Source: Macrostomum lignano (taxonomy: Eukaryota). Taken from it: a DNA stretch of 64,000 nt. A model generated the notes under the pieces. It worked only from the letters and a program-made list of their open reading frames with translations, was not told the origin of the DNA and ran no database searches. The translations under genes and the position numbers were made by a program. The stretch is taken from assembly GCA_002269645.1 (NCBI GenBank), contig NIVC01001355.1:1-64000 (forward strand). Direction: 5' to 3'. Positions 1-14,920 of the stretch are shown here, in pieces; positions within the stretch are counted from its first letter, which is position 1; each line of letters begins with the position of its first letter.

Positions 1-639
1 TTAAGCGGAAAATCTTGGATATTACTATGAATAGTCGCTATCGCTGCAGTCAGCATTAGTTTCTTCAAATTATCTCAGAGTCCTGCTCTGTTTTCTAGAT
101 GTACGAGTTTCTACACATGAATGAGACATGTCTTAAATGAAGTAACAGATAATCGTTTAATTTACAGAAAAACGGCAATGCTTACAAAAGAACTGACTGT
201 TATCAAATTGTCAAAGAGCTATACTAGCTGTCCAATGGATTGGATTAGCTGGTTGGAGAGGGGAGACTTCAGGGCAAATGGCCTCAAATGTGCAATAGTA
301 TCTGGGGCTTGAAGATGTTTTTGAGTTTTGAGCAGTTTTGAGTTTTGAGTTTTGAAGATGTTTTTGAGAACTGGATATTGATTTGAGTCTGAAGACTCAG
401 GAGCGTGGAGAGGGAGTCATATACTCGTATATAGTATAACATTGTCCCGATAAGGATTCGTTGGACAGGGATTAGGTCTTTGAAGCGCCAGACTAGGGAC
501 CAGGGGGCACCCGGAGGGACCGGAAAAGCCGCAGGGACCTAACACCGGCACAAACCACTGGAAAAATAAAACAAAAATAACGCGATAAACGGGACCCGAG
601 GCGTCTTATTGGCGCAGAACAAAACCTGAGCAGGAATGA

Positions 640-800
640 AATCAAATCACTCATTTTTAGTGTATGGATTTCTCAGCCGTGTACCGTTCACGGGAAAATT
701 TCTGATCGAACGGTGCAAGTTTCATGAAAATCGGTTGAAAGCCATTTTTCTGAAACCATACGTTTGTTTATAGAGACAAACCATTTTAGTATATAGGATG
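640..800 (+). mobile_element. Possible Helentron/HINE-like non-autonomous element end
   Basis: AAGTTTCATGAAAATCGGTTG… and a terminal TTTTAGTATATAGGAT resemble HINE/DNAREP-type 3' ends from memory. This is a motif-level resemblance only. Confidence 0.3.
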
Positions 801-2690
801 TAACGGTTTCATACACCTGTTCAGACCCATAATCTATCGCTTGTTCAGGACCATGTGTTGTGCCGTAGTGTTTTTCACTGCCTAGCGATCTCAGGCTTGC
901 AGTTGATTGGCGCACTGGGGCACTGCACTTTCCCTCCTCAGTTGTTTATGCACCACCCACCCAGTCTGTCTGAGCCAGCCGGCTTTGGCTGCTGCGCCAC
1001 CCCTCTCAGCGCGTCCCCCCCCCCCCTAAGTTTTCCGTCTCTTGCGTAGCTGCTGATTGGTACGGGTCGCCTCTCTCACGCGCCGGCCAATCAGCAGCTT
1101 TCTCGCTGTAATATGCTAAGCTGGTTGTGTGGCTGGTCGGTGGGCGCGGGGGGGGCAATACCCCGCGGCCTAGCCGGCCAACCCAAATATATATTTAGCG
1201 CAGTGTAGCGGCGGTGAAGGACCAACTGTGGCTGCTACCTTCCAACTCAACTCAGCTCTGAGATTCCACTGCCCATATCGATTAGAACCGAGACGCCCCT
1301 ACGGGTACGCAACGTCTGAGAATCCGCGCTACCGGCTAGTCCTTCGCCGCCGCTCCCGCCGTGTTCATTCCTCAGTAAGAACTTGAGTCTCGTTGTGTTG
1401 TTCATTGTTCGGTACGGGACATACTGTATCGGGTACTGCCGTAGGGACGAGCTGCTGGCTAGGAACGAGAAGCGATAGTACGCACCGCCGACACCGGCAG
1501 CTTGGTCAGAGTGTCGGACGCCATCACTGGCTCGCCACCCTGAAGGGGTACTTGTACTCTGGAATTAGTCTTAGGAGGCTGTAGCTACTCGAGGATCACG
1601 AGCCGCCCCGGAGATTTTGCATTACACAACACATGCAGGAAAATTATGCTCATTTAACATATACGAGATCCTACTGTACTGCCTCTGTACATAGCATTCA
1701 TTCGCTTCGATGCATGCACGTTTGCTGCATAAAGTAAAGTAAATTATAGTAGAATTCACTTTCTTTCTGAGTAAGTTTGCGTCATAACTCGAAGTTTTTA
1801 AGACAAAATTACGATTGCCTTGCGATTATTGGTGAGATTTCCAATGTCACATCTCCGATCAACATCAAGGCCGTATAGTCCTCACGGAACACTGTAAATT
1901 AGAAACTGTAAACACAGGAAATTGGCCTCCAAAATTCCAAAATCATTGAGTTTTACGTCCTGTTATACTACTGTGATTTTTGATAGTTCTTAAGGCTTAA
2001 TGGCGACATGTACTTTGAAAAAATATCCGTTACTAAAGTCGTCATTGATATTTCTACCGTGGCTGTCTGCCAAACGCTTGCCTGACCAAGGAAATTTGTA
2101 CAAGCTTAGAAAATACTACGCATGAGTTGAATACATGTACCAGTATGAATCTAGGAGTAGGTGCCCCGTTAACTAAGGGCATGTAACCACGGGTTACATA
2201 GTTACATGTAGCTAAACGTACTGTATAGGTGAATTCTTGATCACGTTTTAAAAGCACAAGCGCAAAAACTCGCGCTCATGGAGAAAGGAAACAAAGGGAT
2301 TGCACACTTGAAATATACGAAGTATGTAACATGTGCATATTAGCTCTTATGTAGTTGCTGAGCCTTTATATCATTGGGTACACGCGCTTTGGATTAATAA
2401 TCTTATTCATCTAGTTTGCGAGTTAGTGAACGAAAAGTTCTCAGCGAGACGAAGGGTGCAAAAGTAACATATGTGCGTAGAATATTGCGACAACATGATG
2501 CACTTAACGGATATAAGCGTATAATCTTACAGTGCATGTAGATTTGCTCCATATTCTGCAGTTGTTAAAAAAATTCGCTCCGACCATTATAAGCATTATT
2601 AGACATTGCAGACATTATCAACGCATGTGATACTCTTTACTGAGCTTCAACTAAACTGCCAGATTCTCCTAGCCTGGGGCCTGGGGTGAC

Positions 2691-3667
2691 TTATCGAGCC
2701 GGACAGAACTTCGTGGCCAGGCGGTCTCGGACAGATGCGTTGAAAGCCACGGTGAGGCAGGGCACCGCGGCCGAGTTGATGTAGAATACAACGTACAGGC
2801 AGTACTCCTGATGCAAGCCTGCCACATTATCCAGCGTCATGGGCACCAGACTGAGCAGCTGGATGAGGTTTCCAATGGCTAGACCGGCCAAGGACAAGCG
2901 TAGAGCTCGCCGATCGCCGCCGCCACCGTCGGACTTTTCGGCGCGGCGCGCCGCCAGGGTGACGCCGGTGGCAACGTAGGCGATGGCGGAAGTCGTGTAC
3001 AGCACGATGGCGATGCCGGCCTTTATGAGAGCGTTCGCGCTTGACTGGGCGCGGATGTGATCGCAGGCAGCTTGAAGCGTGTCAGCCTGAGCTAAACCCA
3101 GCCATCGCCACACCTGCATACCCAGTTCGGCTGCAGCCATGATCGCCAGGACACTGCAAGCCAGGCCAATGGCGGGCTTGCGGCTCCAGACGCGGCTGGT
3201 CGGCGCGGCCACGGCCAGCAGCCGGTCGATGGCCAGCAGGCTGTAGGCGAAAATCTCCGCCCCGACGGTGACGTCGCGCAGGCTGACAAGCACGGTGAGG
3301 AAGCTCGGCCGCCGAGTCTCTATCGGGTTCTCCAGCTCGCTGGTCCACGCGGCGTCCACCGCGGCCGAGCCGTGCAGCCGGTTGTGCCGGCCGACGCCGA
3401 GGCGGAACAGCAGCAGGAGGAGCACCAGGCCGCGAGCAGCTCGCAGCCGCTTAGCAGCAAAGTGAGACTGCGGTAGGTGGCCCGCCGAATGGCGCCGTTC
3501 CTGCCAGCGACCAGGCCCACCACGGCGCAGTTGCCCAGCACGGCCAGGCAGGCTATAATCGAGTAAGCTATGAAGAAGCACGGACTGCTCAGTTGAGTCT
3601 GGAAGCTTTCGTTTGAGAACTCTGGACACCCGTCTGCTTCGATTGTGCTGTTGGTTACGTTAGACAT
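2691..3667 (-). CDS. Intronless divergent 7-transmembrane receptor (class A-like/chemoreceptor-type GPCR), broken by a -1 frameshift at ~3430
   Basis: ORF 3320-3667 gives the N-terminus (MSNVTNST, N-glycosylation sequons), TM1 with GN (LAVLGNCAVV) and TM2. ORF 2691-3629 gives TM3 with a DRY-like motif (SLLAIDRLLAV), TM4-TM6 and TM7 (FYINSAAVPCLTVAFNASVR). One added base in the CC at 3430-3431 joins the two frames (…CELLAGLVLLLLLF…). Confidence 0.8.
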
Positions 3668-5623
3668 CTTGGAAGATTTCCCACTGTAGCTCGTCTAGCT
3701 GACTTCGAATGGTTTCTGCCCCCTTTTCTACAGGTATGCTCAGCATTAAGTAGTGCTGCAGTTCGGTACTCTCGTCTTATTGGTGCAATCGCTGCCATTC
3801 TCGCGGGGCAGCTCTGGCTTGCCTGCATCCCTGCAGCATCCCTCAGCTCATTGCCGCGGGCAGTGTAGTTCATGCCGCTGTTTACCAGACGGGAAGTTGA
3901 GAGAATTGAACACTTTTTGATTTTTTGAAAGGCTTTAGTTTAAAATCGACTGGTTTATTGCTTTCAATTTATTTAAAAATTGTAAAAACTCATTGTAGTT
4001 TGGCAAAGTTAAAAAGCAAGTTCTGAATTTCGGAAAATCTGACTGAATTCAAATCTTCCGCTTAAAAAATGATTTCCTAACAACCAGAGTTTTGCGTTTT
4101 TTAGAAGGTAAACAAAGTCGCGAGAATTTCCCGCAAAACTTATTGCCCCATTCGTCTGCTGAATGTTTCTCACCGACAAGCTTTTCCGGGATTAAATTTC
4201 AAGCTATAGCTTCTGTTTTGAAATTGTTTCGATTTGTTAATCAAGGACAACTAATGCAGAAATACCCTGTAGATTGTATAAATTTCGCCAGATTCCAGGT
4301 TTAGCTGCAAACTGCATTATCAAGATAGGAAATTGCTGTTTTTCTGCAATAAATTTGACCATATCGTACAATTATTGTCCACATTGTCTACAATCTGGTA
4401 GACACGCAGAAGACCATCGTGCTCTGCGTACCGCACGAAATCGAAGCTGCAATCTGGAGTCGAGGTGGTTGACAAATTAAAAACCTGTCTTCTCCTTCCT
4501 TCTTCTACTCGCATTTTTTAATCATATTTATTGCTTATATCAAAATTCTTCAATTTTTTCGCGATTTTATAAAAAGCCAGCAGATTCTGCTGACAGAGGC
4601 TTGCCTGCATTTTGTTTGCCTGCAAGCATCTGGAACCAGGTCTGCTCAAGGCTTCTTGGATAAAGCAATGCGGACTGAAGTGTCGAGATATAGCTGAGAC
4701 AATGGGAAGTCTGCAACAATGCTAGCAGCATTCGCTTTGATCAGACTATTAAGTACGCAATAATCCACAATGCAATTATGCACTGTTCACGCACTGTAGT
4801 TCCATATCAACGCCAGAAATTCCTTGCTAAGGACACTATAGGGCAAGGAAAAGAGGCGAAACAGACGCGCGAATGTAGTTAGCAAATATTTCATCGCATA
4901 TTTTTTCGATCAGGTTTAACTCAAAAACACTTCAAAAAATCGTCAATAAGATGGGGTTTTCCTTGAAAAATGTTCTTTATGAGTCCAAGCCAGCATCTTG
5001 GGTGGGGGAGGGTAGCTGGGTGGTTAAATGCGCTTTGTTTGTCAACCAGTTCTCGTTCATGAGGGCCAACTCCCAAGGCCCGAAGTCTATAAATGTCTGA
5101 CGCAATGAGTAAGTCAGGTCACGCTATAGCTCAGGGGCGCGAGAAAAAGTATTTGAGGATCAGAGAGAAATATTCCCGTAATTTGCACCGTGAGGACGAT
5201 GGAAATTGCATGATATCACACGCATCACATGGTATCTATTAGATACAAAATTGTCCATCCTGTCTTGTCTGGTGTTTGCCTACATCTGATTGGTTGGCGA
5301 CTAGAACAGAAAGCTTCATAATGAAACTACGATACATTTTTTATCCTTTATCCTTTTTGTCCTTTATCCATTTGATTATTTATCCTTTGTTTATCTACGT
5401 CTACGAGTACGAGCTATCTCTCGCATGAGTTCAGTTTTAGAAATTCTAGAACTTCCCAAGCTACAAGCATGAAAATGCGTGTTTTTTACTAGCGCTAATG
5501 GACTTCCTTTTTCGAAATAGAAACTCCTATTGGATTATCGCGATGCTGACAGTTTCGATGCAATTATAAAATTTTTAACCCACATTGTTTGTTTGGCACA
5601 CGCACTCGCTAGGGAGTTCCTCC

Positions 5624-5795
5624 CAGTAGCACAACCAGAAATTTTTTGAGGGGGCGGATTCTGGAGGGTAAAGACCTGGGGGGCGGAGGGGTGGCTCTGT
5701 TTTTGGCGAAAATTCGCTTGGTCCACCCTATGATTCATTCCGGTCTCCGCCTAAGGGGGGGGCGACCGCCCCCGCCCCCTCTGGTTGCGCCATTG
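5624..5795. mobile_element. hAT-type MITE
   Basis: Imperfect TIRs CAGTAGCACAACCAGA / TCTGGTTGCGCCATTG, flanked by an exact 8-bp target-site duplication GTTCCTCC (5616-5623 and 5796-5803). Confidence 0.8.
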
Positions 5796-6107
5796 GTTCC
5801 TCCGTTTCTAAACCATAGTATATCATGTCAAGTTGACATAAATGACAAAAACACAATACTCGTACCCTGGTTAAAACTTTGAAACCATGTGCTTCAGGCT
5901 TATACTGGTACCAAGGGTACATAAACTTGTCTTTGTTGCATGTACGAGCTATCATTACATGTACTCGTACAAGGTTGTATTTATATGAAATTTCACGGTC
6001 AAGCAGCAAATCATCCAATACGGTAGTTCTGCGTCTTGAGTCACCTAAATACCGCACGAAAATTACACCCAGAAAAAGTTCAATCCGACGTAGCCTCCTT
6101 GGTTTTG

Positions 6108-8480
6108 TCAACGCTTTTTGTGCTGCCCCAAAGCTGCGGAGGCTCGCTTAATGGACGATGTGCTCGATGTTGCAGACATTGACGGGTGCTGCTGCTGTTG
6201 CTGCTGAATTTTGCTTCCGGGCTTTGCACCCTTTACGGCATGTGATTCCCTTTTGGAACCCTTGGCTAAGCGATCTGGAAATTATTATTTGACATTGGAA
6301 TATGCATTCAGTTCGAACGTGTGGCTTACATTCTCTTTGGATAGCAAACAGAAGCCATGGCTTGAGGCCTAATTGCCAGCAGTGCCAGCATCAATTAGCT
6401 CTGGTTCACATCTAGACAGAATAAATAAGTTGCAATTCTCACTTACCCAAGAATGCTTTGGTAACGATCTCGTCGCTCTCAAGCAGAGGAGTATAGATCA
6501 GCTTGCCTTTGTCATTCTCTGGACAAAGAGAGGGAATTAAACATTTTTGCCAGTGGGGTAATTTTTGTACTAAACATCAAACAATACGAGGCCGTAAATA
6601 GGATTAGGAATGCCTCACCTCCTACTCTAAGTAGTATGACATCCTCGCGGTCTGCCAGCACCTCCTTGGCTTGCATGTTGGGATTCTTCCGAAGGTCCTT
6701 GACGTTGCCGTCTCGGTCAGATAGATCAATTACATCTGGATTATGAGAATGATGCATTACACAATTAAAGGCTTTGATATTTTCCTAGACTTCTCAATAC
6801 TCACCTTTGGCGTCCAGCGAGCACTTTTCCCTGATAGCATTCAGCAGTGTGACCGATCGACAGTCTTGGTTGAATAAAGTTTGCTCGTTCACTGAAATTG
6901 GTGATGCATAATTCGTTTATAAGTACCTGGAAGTACAAAAGTGCGCTTTAAATACTATACTTGAAGAAATACTTGAAGTCCTAACCTGATGAGAGACACT
7001 TACTAGAGCTTTACAAATGAATTAGGCCAGTATACTGAAATAAAGGAGTAACTCTCAGGAAATCTAATGCACTTGAAAGTAAAGTCATATCGAGCGGCAG
7101 CAATGGCTATGGGTAGCTTAGCTAGAAACGGTGAGATCTACCATTTTGCGTTCAATGACCACTCAAGACATTAATAGGTACTTCAAATGCTATTGGGCCT
7201 TTACTAACACTTGAAATCACCAGAAAGGTACTTTCAGTTGGCAAAAAGACGTCAAAGGTGCAAGGCATGGATGAAGGAATACAATGGTCTGTATATTCAT
7301 ACAATACATTGAGCCACTGATTGATAGTATGTATTGAGATAGTTGTACGAGATATGTAAACCTAGACGTGTCACCTTGAAACCAGATTTTTATATTGAGC
7401 TATTAAGTTGTCATTGGAGCAGATATACACTGCATGCGATGATTTGGTCGTAGCTCGTACACTATACAAAAACTCAATCCGAGAAAAAATTTCAACGATG
7501 ATCGTAAAACAATCCGACTGAGTAAAATTCAGCTTCAAATTTAACCTGGCTAGGAGGAGAAACAAGCCGAGGGACAGAATTTCACTCCTGGTCTTGAATA
7601 TAACGTAACTTTCTTGAGATTCTTTTCTGTAGCCAAACTATCCAAGCACCAAAAACCATGTTAGAGATCTTGAATTCGCTTACGCCTTTATTTGCAAACA
7701 AGACTATGAGGATGTCTATGGCCAAAAGACTATTCTTAGTTGGCCAGATAGGAAAAAGACCATAGACAATAATATTTGACAAGCGTTGAAGTCCTAGCTC
7801 GTGGTACGTATAAGATATTCTATGGGTTTGAGGTCGGTATTTCACTTAAATCCCGAGAGCCGAATATCTTATTTAAACTACTTTAATTTTGCGGGATGTA
7901 TTCAGATAAATCCCGGAGCCATACTTGTATGCCTATGGTTGAAGTTGGGGATGGGGGTGTGGGGGCGAAGCCCCCACATTCTTACCATAGACAAAATTTC
8001 ATTAAGAAATTTCTCGAGTCACGAAGGAACAGAAGAGAGAAGCTCGCTTATTTAGATACATACAATAATCCTTGCAATATGTCAGGGAAAGTGATCGATT
8101 AAATCCCGCAAAATAAAATCTACGTGACAATAACCTCCCTGAAAGTGAGCTTTAAAGTGGTTTAAAAAATGTAACAATCAGCCTTATTTGTTGCGGGCAG
8201 AAAAGGAAGCTGCCAAATGTCAATGGCAATAATATAGCATAACTAATTCAGTGAAAAGTCTGCGTTAAAACCCGCCGAGGGTGTCTGTAATGAATCCTTA
8301 TCCTTGATTTATGAATAAGTTTCTCGGGAAATATCGAGTTAGCAACTGGTTTAGCTCGTTTCGGCCTCTGTAGCCAAATCAATTATATTGTTATTTCACA
8401 TGTAATAAAGAAAATCGTAAAGAAAAACGCAGATTTTGCATCGCTAACTCACCGCCATGTTTTACAGTAACAAACACCAT
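6108..8480 (-). CDS. CXorf65/C22orf15-like small uncharacterised protein, 5 exons (8480-8453, 6891-6805, 6735-6619, 6518-6447, 6274-6108)
   Basis: Manual splicing with GT-AG sites and matching phases gives MVFVTVKHGVNEQTLFNQDCRSVTLLNAIREKCSLDAKDVIDLSDRDGNVKDLRKNPNMQAKEVLADREDVILLRVGENDKGKLIYTPLLESDEIVTKAFLDRLAKG…KKR*. This resembles the CXorf65 pattern as I recall it (MFIFIKHGDNQQFLVN…IDL…G…). Confidence 0.75.
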
Positions 8481-9339
8481 TTTGTGACGCCTTATTAGTG
8501 CTTGTTAATCATATAGGCAAAGAAACGAATCTTCCAAAAGAATAGCACTGGGAGCAGGCAGTTTATCTGTCCAAGTGAGCTCATTTTTATAGAATTATAT
8601 AGGCAGTAAAGCGAAATACCCAATCTAAGGAGAACACATAAGAGCAACTCTCTAGCTATAGCTGCTGAGCACTCATTATAGATTCATCTCAAGCAGCGAG
8701 ACAGAGATAGAGAGACAGAGAGAGAGACAATCACAGTGAGTGAATCGCAGAGAAAGCTGTGTATGCTGCTTCCATTACAAAAGAACAGAGCCAGCAGGCT
8801 CACGTCAGCTATTTAGGACACAATTCTCCGCTAACAGTTGAACAGCGCACTCTCCCTCTCAGCCTCATCCAACAGAGTGAGACTATACTCAACAGCCCTC
8901 CCCTCAACTTAGCTGCCGTTGGTTACTCCTACTCTTTTCAATACGTAGGCATGAGCTCATAAAGCATAAAACTTTAACTCTCTTCCATATACTTCCAAGC
9001 ATCGTATAGCGCACTAGTGCTACTAATAATACATAAAATGAATGACAGGTCAAATGTGAAGATTTAGACTAGTGCATATGACACCATATGCATGTAGTTC
9101 TATAGTTCACATCTTGAGCAGCTGAAGTGTGGGCCCAAGAGAGGAAGCGAATTGAGAATAGCTATACATGTAGAATGGCTTTGCTACCTAGACAGCTAAA
9201 GTAGAAGAGGGGATCAGGGAGGTCAATGAGGGGGAAGCAATGAGAGGAAGATCAATGAGAGGGAGATCACTGAGAGGGAGATCATTGATCTCCCTCTCAG
9301 TGATTCGGATTGTAATCTCCCTCTTAGCTGCAGGATGGT

Positions 9340-10500
9340 CCGTAGACACAGTGGGGAAGCGAGGTCGCCCATTCCGATAGCCCCTGAACCCCACAAACAG
9401 GCAGAGGCGTGAGGCCGGTCAGGGTGGTCCGCCGGTCCTGCTGCGTGATCTTCCGTAGGGAAGAAAGTGGCTCGTCTTGTCTGTCAGACCTCGTCAATAG
9501 ACGGGTTCGGCCCGAGGTAGCGTAGTCGGTCTCTGGTTAAAGAAAGGGCAGTGGCAGACAAAGTATTGAGCATCTTCGTTGTCGTATTCGCAAAGAGGGC
9601 AAATTTCACAGAGAGAGCATTGCATCAAGCGTTTCCCCTGGGTTATTCGTGGACGTGCCGTCGGTGCGTTTTACCGAGGAAAGCTTAGACATTTTGTCCA
9701 GAGTAGGTGCTTTCAAAATTCTGGAGGTGGGGTGTGAGCCCTCTAGCTCCTCGCAGTAATGGCGCCATTTTTTAGCTTTAGCGTTCTTCCTAAACTGCCC
9801 TTTTAACTCATGGATTTCCTCATGGTAGGTGGTTTAGTCCGCAAGGCTCTTGGTTTTAGTTGCTATGTGTGGAGTCTCTTGGCTCTGCAACGGAGGTTGC
9901 CGAGCTCGGGATTCTACCACAGCGCAGATTTTTCCCTTTATCGGCTTTTAAAGGGCAGGATGCCTCAAAGGCTACGGTTAGCGGTTCTGTCAGCACAGTC
10001 CGCACTCATCCGCTTCTTGACTTGAGGTGATCGTGGATGCCCGAAGACTGATGTAACTCCTTAAGGGCGAGCCTATCCCAAAGCCTAAAGGTATCTCAAA
10101 GCCTAAAGGTATCCCAAAGCCTAAAGGTATCCCAAAGCCTAAAGGTGTCCCAAAGCCTAAAGGTATCCCAAAGTCTAAAGGCATCCCAAAGTCTAAAGGC
10201 ATCCCAAAGCCTAAAGGTATCCCAAAGCCTAAAGGTATCCCAAAGCCTAAAGGTATCCCAAAGCCTAAAGGTATCCCAAAGCCTAAAGGTATCCCAAAGC
10301 CTAAAGGTATCCCAAAGCCTAAAAGTATCCAAAAGCCTAAAGGTATCCCAAAGCCTAAAGGTATTCCAATCAGTGTTTCTGGCGTTCCGTCTCCACGTGA
10401 TGCGATTCGCGCTGCGCGCTGCCATCAGATTGAAGGAGATGAACTTGTGATCGGAGAGGGAGGACACCGGAAGCACCCGCCACGCCCCCAGTGCTTTGTA
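9340..10500 (-). mobile_element. Degenerate non-LTR retrotransposon (LOA/R1-like LINE ORF2 remnant) with the RT domain deleted
   Basis: The minus strand reads WRVLPVSSLSDHKFISFNL…RRNARNTDWNTF (end of the APE domain, SDH at 10447-10455), then AFEASCP, W*NPELGNLR, KAKKWRHYCEELE, LSSVKRTDGTSTNNPGETLDAML, then directly the C-terminal knuckle CPLCEYDNEDAQYFVCHCPFF. It contains stops and frameshifts. Sequence up to ~11760 may be its 5' part, but this is unconfirmed. Confidence 0.75.
10078..10365. repeat. 18-bp minisatellite (CCCAAAGCCTAAAGGTAT)n inside the LINE remnant
   Basis: Direct inspection, ~16 copies. Confidence 0.95.
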
Positions 10501-12548
10501 AGAGCCTGGGTGTTAGGCTTTGCAATCTCCGTGTGTTTGCGTTTGGTGACTTTAAGTAATTGATCTTTACCCATGCAGTCTTTGACTTACTCTGCCTATC
10601 AATAGCTATTTTATTGGCTGACCGTGGTCGTTAGAAGCTGTATTTTTTGTTAATTAAAATATACACGCAAAAATTGTCTTGGAATTGTTGCCAATTTGGT
10701 ATTTATTGTTTTTTGCTTTGAAAATGATGAACTGACAAATCGCTCTGTGACCCGCGGACATCACAATCCGGAAATCGCAAAGCAAATCTTAGTTTTTCGA
10801 CCGGATATTTGAACCTGCATGTGACTTGATCTGGGGGGACTGCAACAAGTACCCCTTGACAAAGCAAAGCAGCTTGAGATATCCGGGGGAGATCAGAGGC
10901 ACTTGCAACTTCTAGGAGGAGATCAGAAAGCACTTGCAATTTCCGGGGGGGGAGATCAGAAAGTACTTGCGTACTATCTGGGTAGGCCGGATAACATATA
11001 AGGCACGGATATCCCAAAGTACCATCGTATAACACCGGCAACCATGAGCTCGTAGTTTTTAGCCGAGCAAAGCTCGACCAGCGTAGAGATTGAGGGTTCT
11101 GGGGACGACCGCTGATTCACCAGGAGGCTGGCGTCACTCGCATCGACTTGACCAACGAGGAGGAGGGGCAAATCAGCCTCCCAGAGCCTGCATCTTTGCG
11201 GCCAAAACGCTTAGCGCGTGGCTCAAATCGAGCCTTTCTAACAGGGACATCTGCGTCATCCAATCTGAGGACCTTTCCTGAGAAGACCACCCTCATTGCC
11301 TCGATTTAGTTATAGCAGGCGATACAGACTCGGATCGACCAGTCGGTCAACGCCTCCCCGCATGCTCAGGTAGTAGACGGGGTTCACTTTCCTCAATGAA
11401 CTGACGGTCCAGGTCCAGGCTAGGTCCAGGCTAGTTTCTATACAACCTGGCCTTCTGGCTGTTAAAGGTGGAGCGAGAGCAGACCGGCTCAAGATGCACC
11501 AGGAGGCGATCCTGGCCTGGTCTGCGGTTGCGCGGTTGCCGGATGCAGCAGCGCTAATTGCCTTTCCGGGCTAGGAGTTGCTGCCGTTTGCTTCAGCTTC
11601 TTGTTACGACCCTGTTACGGTCAAAGGGTAACGCCTTTACCCCTGAGCCGTAGCCAAAGGAACCTGAACACCCACAGATATACGCGACCACTGTGGACTC
11701 GCCGCATACCCCGTGAGGTCAAAGGTACGTAGCACCTTCACCTCAGAGCCCTAGCGAGAGATAAGTCAATGAGAGGGAGGTCAATGAGAGAGAGGGAGAG
11801 AGAGACGTCAATGAGAAGGAGGTACATGTAAATGAGAGGGAGTTCAATAGGAAGTAGAGACAGGTACAAATGAGATGAGAGAGAGGTCAATGAGAGGGAG
11901 AGAGGCAGGTACAAATTAGAGAGAGGTCAATGAGAGGGAGAGATCAGGCAGGTTCAAATGAGAGAGAAAAGTCAATATGAGGATGAGAAGCAGGTTCAAA
12001 TCAATCAAATGCGAGAGAGAAGTCATGAAATGGGAGGGTAGAGGCAGGTACAAATGAGAGAGAGAGGTCAATGGGAGGGTGAGAGGCAGGTATAAATGAG
12101 AGGGCGGGCATAAGGAGACAGAAAATCAGAGATCCGAACAGCCAAAGAAGGCAACAAGCAGAAGTCCGATTACCTTCAACTTCAAAAGATTTTTAATGAA
12201 AAAAAAACAAAAAACCGCGCACTCATGCAGGCAAAAGGAAGCGGAAAAATTTGGTACCGTTTATTTGACTCAATATCATACCACAGCTCGTATATACGTT
12301 TGATTGTAAATTGCTCGCATCGAATACTTTGTACGCGACTAAGATTGTAGAAACTTGGTGGGCTTTACTTTTAATTACTGGCAGTTGTTTAAATTACCGT
12401 AAAAAAAGTGAACTTGGTCCAAAACCTAATTAGTGGCAGCCAGTAAGACTATACCAGTAGTAAGTCAGTACATACTGTGTCAATACAAATGATTTGTGTT
12501 ACCAATCAATCAGTACGCTGCTATTAATTATGCTGTCTCAATGCTTAT

Positions 12549-14920
<2,372 letters not shown>

